DNA from: an uncultured Bdellovibrionales bacterium
GTDB taxonomy: Bacteria; Patescibacteriota; Minisyncoccia; Moranbacterales; UBA1568
NCBI GenBank assembly: GCA_964612055.1
Contig: CAZTBI010000002.1
Span: 163,529 to 227,528, forward strand
Length of the DNA: 64,000 bases
Direction: 5' to 3'
Shown here: one piece after another, positions 1 to 8,739 of the stretch
How positions within the stretch are numbered: position 1 is the stretch's first letter
Layout: the number at the start of each line of letters is the position of its first letter
Position numbers and translations under genes: made by a program
Notes under the pieces: generated by a model
Seen by the model: only the letters and a program-made list of their open reading frames with translations
What the model was told of the DNA's origin: nothing
Databases searched by the model: none

Positions 1-2
1 AA

Positions 3-128
3 GAAACTATCGCTCTTGGTGACCTCGTCGTTGGTGACAAAATAGTAGTAGTAGGTAAGCCCCAGGACGACGGCGTAATTGCCGCTACCCTGATCCGCAT
101 CTTTCAGAAAGATAAATCATTGAAGTAG
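3..128 (+). CDS. C-terminal fragment of a hypothetical protein (OB-fold/DUF5666-like), truncated by window edge
   Basis: Open frame ETIALGDLVVGDKIVVVGKPQDDGVIAATLIRIFQKDKSLK* ending at TAG 126-128. Confidence 0.5.
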   Translation, partial: ETIALGDLVVGDKIVVVGKPQDDGVIAATLIRIFQKDKSLK

Positions 129-266
129 TCTCATGTGAGGAAGGGGGGTTTCAGAACAGGTCCCAAGTGACACTTGATTTTTTCTGAGATTCGTGCTACC
201 ATTCTTCTTCAGGAAATGATTGTCCGTACGGACGATTTTTCTTTTGTCTCAAATTATCTTTTCTCT

Positions 267-665
267 ATGAAACAAGCAAAACAGCAGCCCACCTATATCC
301 AAGTAAAACGCTCGAGCGCCGGCTTGGGTCTCTTTGCTTTGGCGCCGATAAAGAAGGGGACGACCATCATCGAATATATCGGTGAACGCATCACGACGAG
401 TGAGGGTGACGAGCGGGATAACCGCTATATGTTCAATGTGAATACCAAATGGGATATCGATGGCAGCCCGCGCTACAATACGGCGCGCTATGCCAATCAC
501 TCCTGCCGTCCGAATGCTGAGGCGATCAACCGTCGCGGTCGGATCTTTATCGTCGCCAAGAAAAATATCGAGGTTGGTGAAGAAATTACCTACCACTACG
601 GCAAGGATCATTTCCAGGGCTTCATTGAAAAACTCGGTTGCCGCTGTGTGAAGTGTGACGCCTAA
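267..665 (+). CDS. SET-domain protein-lysine methyltransferase
   Basis: GLGLFA, EYIGE, RYANHSCRPN, GEEITYHY and post-SET CRCxKC motifs; ATG 267 preferred over TTG 174. Confidence 0.9.
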   Translation: MKQAKQQPTYIQVKRSSAGLGLFALAPIKKGTTIIEYIGERITTSEGDERDNRYMFNVNTKWDIDGSPRYNTARYANHSCRPNAEAINRRGRIFIVAKKNIEVGEEITYHYGKDHFQGFIEKLGCRCVKCDA

Positions 666-730
666 ACTTTCTGGTTCGTATTGACTTTTTCTAAAACTTC
701 TGTCATAATCCACAGATTCATACATGACCT

Positions 731-1456
731 ATGACAGAGGAAATTTCTTATCCTATTCGTATCAACCGCTATCTCGCTTTGAAAGGGATGGCGACTCGTC
801 GTGGCGCCGATCAGTTGATTGAGGCTGGTTTAGTCTTGATCGGAGGGAAGAAAGCAGTATTGGGCGACAAAGTAGAAAATGCCGAGACTTTTGTGGAAGT
901 GATTAAAGATAAAAAGCAACCGGAAAAGAAACTGGTCTATATTGCCTATTACAAGCCACGGGGTATTATCACCCATTCGCCACAAGAACACGAAGAGTCG
1001 ATTGATCAGATCTCGGGATTCCCTGGGACTTTTCCGATCGGCCGCCTCGACAAGGATTCTGAGGGACTCATTATTCTGACGAACGATGGTCGCGTGACCG
1101 AGCGTTTGCTTCATCCGCGCTTCAAACATGAGAAAGAATACAAAGTCATGGTCCGAGAAGATATTCCCGGTAATTTGAAACGGGTACTCGAAGACGGTGT
1201 CTACAGTGTCGGGGAGTGGCTCAAGGCGAAGAAGGTCATGGTTGTCCCACCGCGCACCATTCATATTATTTTGACCGAAGGCAAGAAGCACCATATCCGG
1301 CGCATGCTCTCTGAAGCGCACCTGACGGTAGAGAAACTCGTCCGTACTCGGGTCATGGGTATTCATCTTGGAGCGCTCAAGCCCGGTAAGGCTCGTGTCC
1401 TCGAAGGTGCCGCCCGCAAAGCCTTCCTCCAAAGTATCGAACTCCAAGAACTCTAA
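731..1456 (+). CDS. rRNA pseudouridine synthase (RsuA/RluB/RluF family) with S4 domain
   Basis: RINRYLA S4 start, YYKPRG, GRLDKDSEGL catalytic Asp motif, EGKKHHIRRM. Confidence 0.93.
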   Translation: MTEEISYPIRINRYLALKGMATRRGADQLIEAGLVLIGGKKAVLGDKVENAETFVEVIKDKKQPEKKLVYIAYYKPRGIITHSPQEHEESIDQISGFPGTFPIGRLDKDSEGLIILTNDGRVTERLLHPRFKHEKEYKVMVREDIPGNLKRVLEDGVYSVGEWLKAKKVMVVPPRTIHIILTEGKKHHIRRMLSEAHLTVEKLVRTRVMGIHLGALKPGKARVLEGAARKAFLQSIELQEL

Positions 1457-1482
1457 AAACACTCCTCAAAAGGGTGTTTTTT
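1455..1482 (+). terminator. Intrinsic terminator
   Basis: AAAAACACTC...GGGTGTTTTTT hairpin with T-tract right after the stop. Confidence 0.7.
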
Positions 1483-1490
1483 CATACCCA

Positions 1491-1519
1491 TTGACATACC
1501 CCCCTGGGGGTATTAAGAT
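1491..1519 (+). promoter_or_regulatory. Sigma70 promoter with CsoR operator in the spacer
   Basis: TTGACA(1491)-17 bp-TAAGAT(1514); palindrome ATACCCCC-CT-GGGGGTAT at 1496-1513 matches the G/C-tract CsoR operator type. Confidence 0.88.
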
Positions 1520-1545
1520 AAGAGTATAAATAGTGGAGCATACAT

Positions 1546-1809
1546 ATGAATACATCCAAGCAAAAAATCGAACGACGCCTCAAGATCATTGCTGGCCAGG
1601 TGAGAGGGCTAGAGGAGATGGTGGCCAAAGATACCTACTGTATTGATGTCATCACCCAGACCTCGGCTGTGAAGCAGGCATTGACCGTGATCGAGGATCT
1701 CATGATGGAGAGTCATCTTAGTACGTGTGTGATCAATCAGATCAAGAATGGGAAAGAAGAAAAAGCCAAAGCAGAGATCTTGAAGGTCTATCAACTCAAG
1801 CGAAAATAA
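1546..1809 (+). CDS. csoR: Copper-sensing repressor, CsoR/RcnR family
   Basis: [24 protein letters not shown] (Cys-His-Cys Cu(I) ligands); directly upstream of copA. Confidence 0.92.
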   Translation: MNTSKQKIERRLKIIAGQVRGLEEMVAKDTYCIDVITQTSAVKQALTVIEDLMMESHLSTCVINQIKNGKEEKAKAEILKVYQLKRK

Positions 1810-1814
1810 TACCT

Positions 1815-4118
1815 ATGGAGACAAAACAAACCTACGGAGTGAAAGGAATGCATTGTGCCTCGTGCGCTAGCATCATCGAAAAGACTTTCAAGAAAGTGGA
1901 GGGAGTAGCGGAGGTCTCTGCCAACTACGGCAATGAGAGCGTGGCTGTTTCGTACGATGAGATGAAAACCAACCCTCACCACTTATCAAAAACACTCGAG
2001 CCGCTAGGTTACTCGCTTATCATTCCCGAAGAACAAACAGCCGAGTCCATGGGTATGAGCGCAGATGAGCATGCGGCGCACCTCGGGTTGAATCAAACAA
2101 AGAAAGAAAAACTGGCCGAGCTTGCCACGATGAAGACCCAGATTCTTTCTGTTATCCCCCTGGCTATTTTCAGTATTTTTCTCATGGGCTGGGAAATCTT
2201 GGCACGCTTTGAAGTGATCCTCCCGCCACCATATATCTGGAAGGAATTTTTTCATCACCTGCTTCCCATCATGGCGACCTACGTTTTGTTCGTTGTGGGT
2301 AAGCCATACTTGCTCGGTTTCTACCGATTTCTCCGTTATGGCAAAGCCAATATGGATACACTCATTGGTATCGGCACCACAGCTGCTTTCCTCTATAGTT
2401 TCATTCTCTCGGCTTTTGAAGAGACGCTGCGACCGTACCTCGATGTCGAAAATATGTATTACGATGTGACGATTGTCGTCATCACCTTTATCGCCCTCGG
2501 GAAATATTTGGAAGCACGTTCAAAGCTCCGGACTGGTGACGCTATCGAAAAACTCTTGAACCTTCAGGCCAAGACCGCCCTTGTTACTCGCGACGGAAAA
2601 GAAATGGAAATACCGGTGACGGAAGTAGTAGTTGGTGATCTTATCGTGGTAAAACCTGGTGCCAAAATTCCAGTCGATGGGGTGCTCACGCTCGGGTCTT
2701 CGTATATTGATGAATCGATGGTGACGGGTGAACCGATGCCGGTGAACAAGGCTATCGGCGATAGCGTGGTAGCTGGTACGGTCAATACCAGTGGCGCCTT
2801 TACCTTTCAAGCGACCAAGGTTGGGGGAGCGACTTTCCTTTCGAGTATTATCAAAATGGTGCAAGAGGCCCAAGGGTCGAAAGCACCGATTCAGGCTCTT
2901 GCCGACCGGATCTCGAGCGTGTTCGTACCGGTGGTACTGGTGATCGCGTTTTTGACGCTTGGCACCTGGCTTGTCGTAGGGACTCAGTACTTTGGATTTT
3001 CTCAGGCGCTTTCCTATGGGCTGACCTCATTTGTCGGTATCCTCATTATTGCTTGTCCTTGCGCGCTCGGACTGGCCACCCCGACGGCTATCATTGTTGG
3101 AGTGGGGAAGGGTGCCAAAGAAGGTATTCTGATCAAGGATGCGGCGACATTGGAAAAGCTCCATCAAGCAACGGTAGTGGTCGTTGATAAGACCGGGACA
3201 CTCACTCGGGGTAAACCAGAACTGACGAAACTCCAGAATTTTTCTGATCAGAGTGATGACGAACTTCTCTCGATCTTTGCGTCACTTGAAAGTCAATCAG
3301 AACATCCGATCGCTCATGCCATCATCAAAAATGCGGAAGAGAAACATATCGCTTTTGCCACACCAGAAAATTTCTCGGCCATCAAGGGGAAGGGAGTTCG
3401 GGGTGAAATTGGAGGAAAAGAATATTTTCTTGGAAATAGAAAACTGATTCAAGATTTCGGATTGTCTTTTGACATGACTTCTCTCGAGGAAGAGACGAAA
3501 ACAGGGAAGACGCCGGTCCTCTTGGCAACCAAAGAACGAGTGCTTGGTGTCGCGTTGGTTGCTGATGCTTTGAAAGATGAAGCCAAGGCTTCGGTCGCGG
3601 CACTTCACGCGCTCGGGATCAAGGTGGTTATGCTCACAGGGGATGATCGTAATACGGCGCAGCATATTGCAGCGCAGGTTGGTATCGATGAGGTTTTTGC
3701 CGAAGTTTTGCCTGATGAGAAACTCGCGAAAATTAAAGCACTCCAACAAGCAGGCGAGGTAGTAGCGATGGCAGGGGACGGGGTGAATGATGCTCCAGCT
3801 CTCGCCCAGGCCGATATCGGTATTGCTATGGGAACAGGCACTGATGTGGCGATCGAATCAGCGGGCATCACGCTCCTTCACGGTGATATTTCGAAACTGG
3901 TGAAAGCGATCAAATTATCAAAGCTCACTATGAGAGGAATTAAGCAAAATCTCTTCTGGGCCTTCGGTTATAACATCATTGGCATTCCGCTCGCTGCTGG
4001 AGTATTCTATCCAATTTTTGGTTGGCTCCTCTCGCCAGTCTTTGCGGGTCTCGCCATGGCACTTTCCAGTGTCTCGGTCGTCGGTAACTCGCTCCGTCTC
4101 AAAACGAAAAAACTCTAA
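1815..4118 (+). CDS. copA: Cu(I)-translocating P1B-type ATPase
   Basis: GMHCASC HMA domain, TGE, CPC, DKTGT, SEHP, GDGVND, YN and MALSS motifs; start at ATG 1815. Confidence 0.95.
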   Translation: METKQTYGVKGMHCASCASIIEKTFKKVEGVAEVSANYGNESVAVSYDEMKTNPHHLSKTLEPLGYSLIIPEEQTAESMGMSADEHAAHLGLNQTKKEKLAELATMKTQILSVIPLAIFSIFLMGWEILARFEVILPPPYIWKEFFHHLLPIMATYVLFVVGKPYLLGFYRFLRYGKANMDTLIGIGTTAAFLYSFILSAFEETLRPYLDVENMYYDVTIVVITFIALGKYLEARSKLRTGDAIEKLLNLQAKTALVTRDGKEMEIPVTEVVVGDLIVVKPGAKIPVDGVLTLGSSYIDESMVTGEPMPVNKAIGDSVVAGTVNTSGAFTFQATKVGGATFLSSIIKMVQEAQGSKAPIQALADRISSVFVPVVLVIAFLTLGTWLVVGTQYFGFSQALSYGLTSFVGILIIACPCALGLATPTAIIVGVGKGAKEGILIKDAATLEKLHQATVVVVDKTGTLTRGKPELTKLQNFSDQSDDELLSIFASLESQSEHPIAHAIIKNAEEKHIAFATPENFSAIKGKGVRGEIGGKEYFLGNRKLIQDFGLSFDMTSLEEETKTGKTPVLLATKERVLGVALVADALKDEAKASVAALHALGIKVVMLTGDDRNTAQHIAAQVGIDEVFAEVLPDEKLAKIKALQQAGEVVAMAGDGVNDAPALAQADIGIAMGTGTDVAIESAGITLLHGDISKLVKAIKLSKLTMRGIKQNLFWAFGYNIIGIPLAAGVFYPIFGWLLSPVFAGLAMALSSVSVVGNSLRLKTKKL

Positions 4119-4122
4119 GTCT

Positions 4123-5142
4123 ATGAAAACTTACACTTTCCATGTTTCAGGCATGCACTGCCACTCGTGTATTCTCCTTACCGAGAGTGAGCTCTCAGAA
4201 TACCCAGGCGTGACCAAGGCGCACTCGAGTCTGAAGACACATTCAGTCACTATTACCGGTGATTTTGGTGACAAGGCGCCAGCCGCGATAGCCGAAGAGC
4301 TCAGTCAGGTACTACAGAAACATGGCTATACCCTTTCGCTCGAGAAACAGGAAACGAAAAAAGAATGGTCACAATTCAAAGTAGCCGTACCGCTAGCACT
4401 GCTTCTCGTCATACTGTTTATCGGTCTGCAGAAAACAGGGCTGGTCAATCTGGTGAATACTGATTCGGTTTCGTACGGGACAGTGTTTTTGATCGGGATC
4501 ATTGCGTCGCTCTCGACTTGTATGGCAGTGGTCGGTGGGCTGGTACTTTCTGTTTCGGCTACCTTTGCCAAGGAGGGGGACAAAGTGAAACCGCAGCTCC
4601 TCTTTCATGTCGGAAGACTTGTTTCCTTCTTTATCTTAGGTGGAGTGATTGGCGCTGTCGGTGCCAACTTTACCTTGAGTACGACGGCGACATTTGTGCT
4701 GAGTCTTCTCATCGGTCTCGTCATGCTCATTCTCGGTATCAACCTGCTTGATATTTTCCCGTGGGCCAAGCGTTTGCAGCCAGCCATGCCAAAATTTTTT
4801 TCGAAGCACGCGCTCGGAGTAGCTCGTTTCAATCACACGCTCACGCCACTCTTTATTGGTATTGCTACCTTCTTTCTGCCATGTGGCTTCACGCAGTCGA
4901 TGCAGCTCTATACACTCTCAACGGGGAGCTTCTTTTCGGGCGGACTGACAATGCTCACCTTTGCACTGGGGACACTGCCGGTCTTAGCACTTATTAGTTT
5001 CAGCTCCTTCAGCATAGAGCGCAGCGCCAAAAAGGGACTCTTCTTCAAAACCGCTGGTCTGATAGTGATCTTCTTCGCACTCTTCAATCTCGTAAATAGT
5101 CTGGTTGTTATCGGTCTCATTCCACCGATCTTTAATTTCTAA
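4123..5142 (+). CDS. HMA-domain plus DsbD_2/TauE-like membrane protein
   Basis: N-terminal GMHCHSC, then TM region with STCMAVVGG, FHVGRL and FLPCGF. Confidence 0.85.
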   Translation: MKTYTFHVSGMHCHSCILLTESELSEYPGVTKAHSSLKTHSVTITGDFGDKAPAAIAEELSQVLQKHGYTLSLEKQETKKEWSQFKVAVPLALLLVILFIGLQKTGLVNLVNTDSVSYGTVFLIGIIASLSTCMAVVGGLVLSVSATFAKEGDKVKPQLLFHVGRLVSFFILGGVIGAVGANFTLSTTATFVLSLLIGLVMLILGINLLDIFPWAKRLQPAMPKFFSKHALGVARFNHTLTPLFIGIATFFLPCGFTQSMQLYTLSTGSFFSGGLTMLTFALGTLPVLALISFSSFSIERSAKKGLFFKTAGLIVIFFALFNLVNSLVVIGLIPPIFNF

Positions 5143-5153
5143 GCTCTCGTTCT

Positions 5154-5555
5154 ATGAAAGTATTTTTTGGTTTCGTTGTCGTCCTCGTTCTTCTCATGGG
5201 TGGATATCTGGTGATGAATATTGCCGGAAAAGGAGAGGGTGAGGCGACTAATCCTCTGGTCGCGGCAAACAACGTCAGCATTGTTGATGGGAAACAGATT
5301 GTCGAAATCCGGGCCAAGGGAGGCTATCTCCCAAGAAAGAGTGTGGTGAAAGCTGGCATGCCAACTATCTTGCGGGTGAATACTGCTGGAACATTTGATT
5401 GTTCTTCAGCTATTCGGATTCCCAGTCTTAGGGTCAGTCAGACCCTACCGGCTACCGGTGTGACCGAGATCGAGCTCGGGAGTCTGGAGCCGGGAACGCT
5501 TCAGGGAAATTGCGGTATGGGCATGTACCCCTTTGAGATATCTGCTGAAAATTAA
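5154..5555 (+). CDS. Membrane-anchored cupredoxin-domain protein (CupA-like)
   Basis: N-terminal TM, GGYxP, DCSS, CGMGM. Confidence 0.85.
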   Translation: MKVFFGFVVVLVLLMGGYLVMNIAGKGEGEATNPLVAANNVSIVDGKQIVEIRAKGGYLPRKSVVKAGMPTILRVNTAGTFDCSSAIRIPSLRVSQTLPATGVTEIELGSLEPGTLQGNCGMGMYPFEISAEN

Positions 5556-5558
5556 AAC

Positions 5559-6062
5559 ATGAAATTCCTTCCTTATCTTATTTTTGGATTGGTGCTCCTC
5601 GCCGTGATGGAAGGGATAGTTTGGTTCGTTCTTCGTTCCGGTTCCGAAACTCCTTCGGACGTGCCGGTGGTCGAAGAGGTGTTGCCAGTAACCCAATTAC
5701 CAGTGACTCCGGCGACCAAGGAAGAAACGAAAGCGAACGTTGAGAGCGGAACTTTTCCGGAGCCGAGCGTAGAGGTAGTGAATGGCGTCACGGAACGGAC
5801 GATTCATATCGGGGTGCGGCAGTGGGAATGGGATCCCAAGGTCATCCGTGCCAAAGAAGGGGAGCGAGTCCGTCTCATCATTCACAATGCTGACGTGCGT
5901 CATACGCTGGTTGTTCCGGCACTTCAGATTGATATCGATATTCCACCCGATGGCGCAGTGGCGGATTTCATGGCCACGAAAAAAGGTACCTTTGATTTCC
6001 TCTGTGGCACCTACTGCGGTGTCGGACACGCGGAGATGCAGGGGACACTTGTGATAGAATAG
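5559..6062 (+). CDS. Cupredoxin with CuA-like site (COX II/NosZ-type domain)
   Basis: N-terminal TM, QWEW, DVRH, CGTYCGVGHAEM. Confidence 0.85.
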   Translation: MKFLPYLIFGLVLLAVMEGIVWFVLRSGSETPSDVPVVEEVLPVTQLPVTPATKEETKANVESGTFPEPSVEVVNGVTERTIHIGVRQWEWDPKVIRAKEGERVRLIIHNADVRHTLVVPALQIDIDIPPDGAVADFMATKKGTFDFLCGTYCGVGHAEMQGTLVIE

Positions 6063-6083
6063 AGAAGATTTGAGATAAAAACT

Positions 6084-6593
6084 ATGGATATTTTGTCACA
6101 CGGGCTCTATGGGGGAGTGGCCTTTGGAAGGAAGAGCAAGAAAAGTTTCTGGTTGTCATTCTTTTTTGGTATCGCGCCGGATCTTTTCTCCTTTGGATTA
6201 TTTACGGCGAGTGTCTGGCTGGGGCTGACACATGGATTGGATTGGTCTGCTGGGCCACCTGACGAGAAGCTGATCCCGCAGTATGTCCATACGCTCTACA
6301 ATTTCACGCACAGTTTTGTTGTTTTTGCGGCTGCCTTTGGTGTGGTCTGGCTCATCCGTCGCAAGCCTTTGTGGGAAATGCTGGCATGGCCACTTCATAT
6401 TCTGGTTGATATTCCGACCCATTCGGACAGATTCTTTCCGACACCGTTTCTTTGGCCAGTTTCGGATTATCACGTGAACGGGCATCCCTGGAGTAGTCCC
6501 GAGATTTTTATTCCCAACGTCATTCTCATCATCAGTCTCTACCTTTGGTTCTATGTCATCAAACCATGGCGGAAACGGACAGGAAATTCCTAA
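6084..6593 (+). CDS. Putative membrane metal-dependent hydrolase (YdjM-like)
   Basis: SHG, APD, THS and HILVDIPTH motifs; hydrophobic. Confidence 0.7.
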   Translation: MDILSHGLYGGVAFGRKSKKSFWLSFFFGIAPDLFSFGLFTASVWLGLTHGLDWSAGPPDEKLIPQYVHTLYNFTHSFVVFAAAFGVVWLIRRKPLWEMLAWPLHILVDIPTHSDRFFPTPFLWPVSDYHVNGHPWSSPEIFIPNVILIISLYLWFYVIKPWRKRTGNS

Positions 6594-6599
6594 AGGGGC

Positions 6600-6628
6600 T
6601 TTACAAAAGGGAAAAAAGGTGCTATAAT
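6600..6628 (+). promoter_or_regulatory. Sigma70 promoter
   Basis: TTTACA-17 bp-TATAAT with extended TG. Confidence 0.75.
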
Positions 6629-6700
6629 GGGTATACAAGTGAAAAAGCGGGTGCCAAACGGGTGCCCGTTTTTTCTTTATATAAAGCCAAATAGAGCCAA

Positions 6701-7327
6701 ATGAAACACAAACAACATAAAAAAACAGAGTATCAAACACAAAAGCCTCTCTTCCAGGCTGCTTCTTTGTCTTCCATGACACTTTCGAGTGATGTCTTTT
6801 ATGGAGCCTTTCTTTCGCTCTCCTTTGTCGTTGCCACACTTCTTTTTGGTGCTGGTACTAGTCTCGCCAATGTAGAGATCGCTTTTCCAGAAAAAAGTCC
6901 TCGTCAGGTGGTCTTTGAGCACAAGATGCACAAGCTTGTTACTGGCTATCCGATCGAGGCTATGACACCCTATATCGACGAACAAGACGAAACGACCGCT
7001 GCTTATCTAGTGAGTATCGCTAAGAAAGAAAGTAACTGGGGCAAGCGTGTTCCTCGTGCCGAAGATGGTTCTGATTGTTACAATTACTGGGGCTATCGTG
7101 GGGCAGGGAGTCGTGGTATCGCCATGGGTCATGGTTGTTTCGGGAGTCCCGAAGAGGCTGTTGGCGTGGTTGGCGGACGACTCGATACCCTGGTTAATGA
7201 GTACCAGTTCCGTACCCCGGCCGAGATGGTGGTCTGGAAATGCGGCTTTAGCTGTGATGGCCATAGCGGCCAGAGCGTCAAAAAATGGATCACTGACGTG
7301 GGGTACTACTACAACAAAATGCAGTAA
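6701..7327 (+). CDS. Membrane-anchored lysozyme-like/glucosaminidase-like protein (paralogue 1 of 3)
   Basis: TM helix, then IAKKESNWGKRVP..DCYNYWGYRG..GHGCF..WKCGFSC; same domain as 56987 and 58166. Confidence 0.6.
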   Translation: MKHKQHKKTEYQTQKPLFQAASLSSMTLSSDVFYGAFLSLSFVVATLLFGAGTSLANVEIAFPEKSPRQVVFEHKMHKLVTGYPIEAMTPYIDEQDETTAAYLVSIAKKESNWGKRVPRAEDGSDCYNYWGYRGAGSRGIAMGHGCFGSPEEAVGVVGGRLDTLVNEYQFRTPAEMVVWKCGFSCDGHSGQSVKKWITDVGYYYNKMQ

Positions 7328-7330
7328 TCT
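7273..7330 (+). repeat. 58-bp direct repeat, copy 1 (last 55 nt of the 6701 gene plus 3 nt)
   Basis: GAGCGTCAAAAAATGG...GCAGTAATCT identical to 8533-8590. Confidence 0.95.
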
Positions 7331-7336
7331 TCTCTG

Positions 7337-7364
7337 AAACGACCGATTGAAAACCGGTCGTTTT
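7337..7364 (+). terminator. Intrinsic terminator
   Basis: AAACGACCG...CGGTCGTTTT. Confidence 0.7.
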
Positions 7365-7369
7365 CTGTA

Positions 7370-7436
7370 TTGACAAAGAGCCTTTTTCGCTCTAGAGTGC
7401 CTCCAGATCAATCCTGATCTTTTCCTTCACAAGGAG
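7370..7436 (+). promoter_or_regulatory. Promoter, 5' hairpin and SD of orphan gene
   Basis: TTGACA-17-TAGAGT; hairpin AGATCA-ATCC-TGATCT (7405-7420); AAGGAG at 7431. Confidence 0.75.
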
Positions 7437-7442
7437 ACTTCC

Positions 7443-8459
7443 ATGAAGTCCATATCAATAGCAGCAGGACTGTTTCTGGTTGCTTTCTCCGTAGTGGCGG
7501 CGGAAGTGGCTTGTCCGGAACTCACGGCGCCCCAGCGTGTCGCCGGATACCTTTCCTGGATGGGATTTTTCCAGGTCATTGGTGTTACCACTTTGACCGC
7601 CGGCGTGATGTATGTCTTTCGGGGCGTACTGACAGTGATCTGGGGTAGGTTGTGGGCTGTCATTCGCGACATCGCCGACGTACTGGCTCACGTGTTCAGT
7701 CTCGGGCTCGTTGTGGTTGGCGCCTGGGTGCCAGAAGAATACCGCCTGTGGCCAGTGCTCGGCGGGTGCCTCCTCTTCGCGGGGAGCGTCTTCCTCACTA
7801 TCTGGCTACGCAAGTTGAAGGGCGACAGTCCGGCTGGCATATACGGCCTCCTGACGTTCGTGTGGGGGTGTGTTGCGCTCTACTATGGAATGCCTGAAGT
7901 TGGGTTCATAGCGGTGGCCGCTCTCATGGGTCTTCTCGGCTACTCCATCGTCGTCACGCCGTTTTGTTACGGCTTTGGCTTCCGTGATGAACCAACCATG
8001 GTACGGACCACCAGTGCAGCACTCGTGATCCTGGTGTTCTACTCAGTGGCCCAGCTTTTTCCGTCAACTGTTCCGGCACTGCCAGCGGTGTTTGCTACCG
8101 GAGCGTTCTGGCTCGGTTCTTTGGTCGCTTTCACGGGCCTCCTCATCGTTTCGAACAAGCTGTACTTTCAGGAGAAGAAGGATTCCACCTACATGTGGAT
8201 GCAGGCAGTGACCCTTCTGGTCTACCTCGGCGGCACTGCCTACGGCATGATCTTCGGCATCAATGCGCTTGCGGGGATGGCGGGCACCTTCCTGGTGCTC
8301 TACGCCGCCGCCAAGCTGGTGGAGGTCGAAACGAATGGTTACATCACCTTCGGGCTCAAGCTCATGGCCATCGGCGGAATCTTCGCCGGAGCCTGGTGGT
8401 ACGCGACGGCGCATCAGGAAGTGGTCATGAAGTACCTGACCACGACGCTGCCGGTCTAG
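7443..8459 (+). CDS. Orphan polytopic membrane protein (GC-rich, cassette-like)
   Basis: 338 aa with roughly 10 hydrophobic segments; strong SD; GC3-rich codons unlike neighbours. Confidence 0.8.
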   Translation: MKSISIAAGLFLVAFSVVAAEVACPELTAPQRVAGYLSWMGFFQVIGVTTLTAGVMYVFRGVLTVIWGRLWAVIRDIADVLAHVFSLGLVVVGAWVPEEYRLWPVLGGCLLFAGSVFLTIWLRKLKGDSPAGIYGLLTFVWGCVALYYGMPEVGFIAVAALMGLLGYSIVVTPFCYGFGFRDEPTMVRTTSAALVILVFYSVAQLFPSTVPALPAVFATGAFWLGSLVAFTGLLIVSNKLYFQEKKDSTYMWMQAVTLLVYLGGTAYGMIFGINALAGMAGTFLVLYAAAKLVEVETNGYITFGLKLMAIGGIFAGAWWYATAHQEVVMKYLTTTLPV

Positions 8460-8477
8460 GCTGCGCTAAGCAGCGAC

Positions 8478-8519
8478 AAGGTTTCTTGTGAGATATCTCG
8501 CGAGGAACCTTTTTCTTTT
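8478..8519 (+). terminator. Intrinsic terminator
   Basis: AAGGTTTCTTGTGAG-ATAT-CTCGCGAGGAACCTT then T-tract. Confidence 0.8.
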
Positions 8520-8532
8520 GTGCAGGAGAGGG

Positions 8533-8590
8533 GAGCGTCAAAAAATGGATCACTGACGTGGGGTACTACTACAACAAAATGCAGTAATCT
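8533..8590 (+). repeat. 58-bp direct repeat, copy 2 (orphaned gene 3' end)
   Basis: Identical to 7273-7330; encodes SVKKWITDVGYYYNKMQ* with no upstream gene. Confidence 0.95.
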
Positions 8591-8613
8591 CCCTCTATAG
8601 ATGGATAATTCCC

Positions 8614-8641
8614 AAAGACTGTCACAAAAGACAGTCTTTTT
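8614..8641 (+). terminator. Intrinsic terminator
   Basis: AAAGACTGTC-ACAAAA-GACAGTCTTTTT. Confidence 0.75.
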
Positions 8642-8739
8642 CGTTATTATTATGTTTGACCAAACGTCAAAAATGTGTTATTTTTAGATGCGCTAAAAAG
8701 GAGTTTTTAGGAAGTTACTTTAGCCAAACTTTGTTCTAA

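Noticed and set aside
7273-8590. Diversity-generating retroelement TR/VR pair
   Set aside because: The copies are identical with no adenine-specific differences, and no reverse transcriptase is in the window; the 21-22 kb pair differs only by indels
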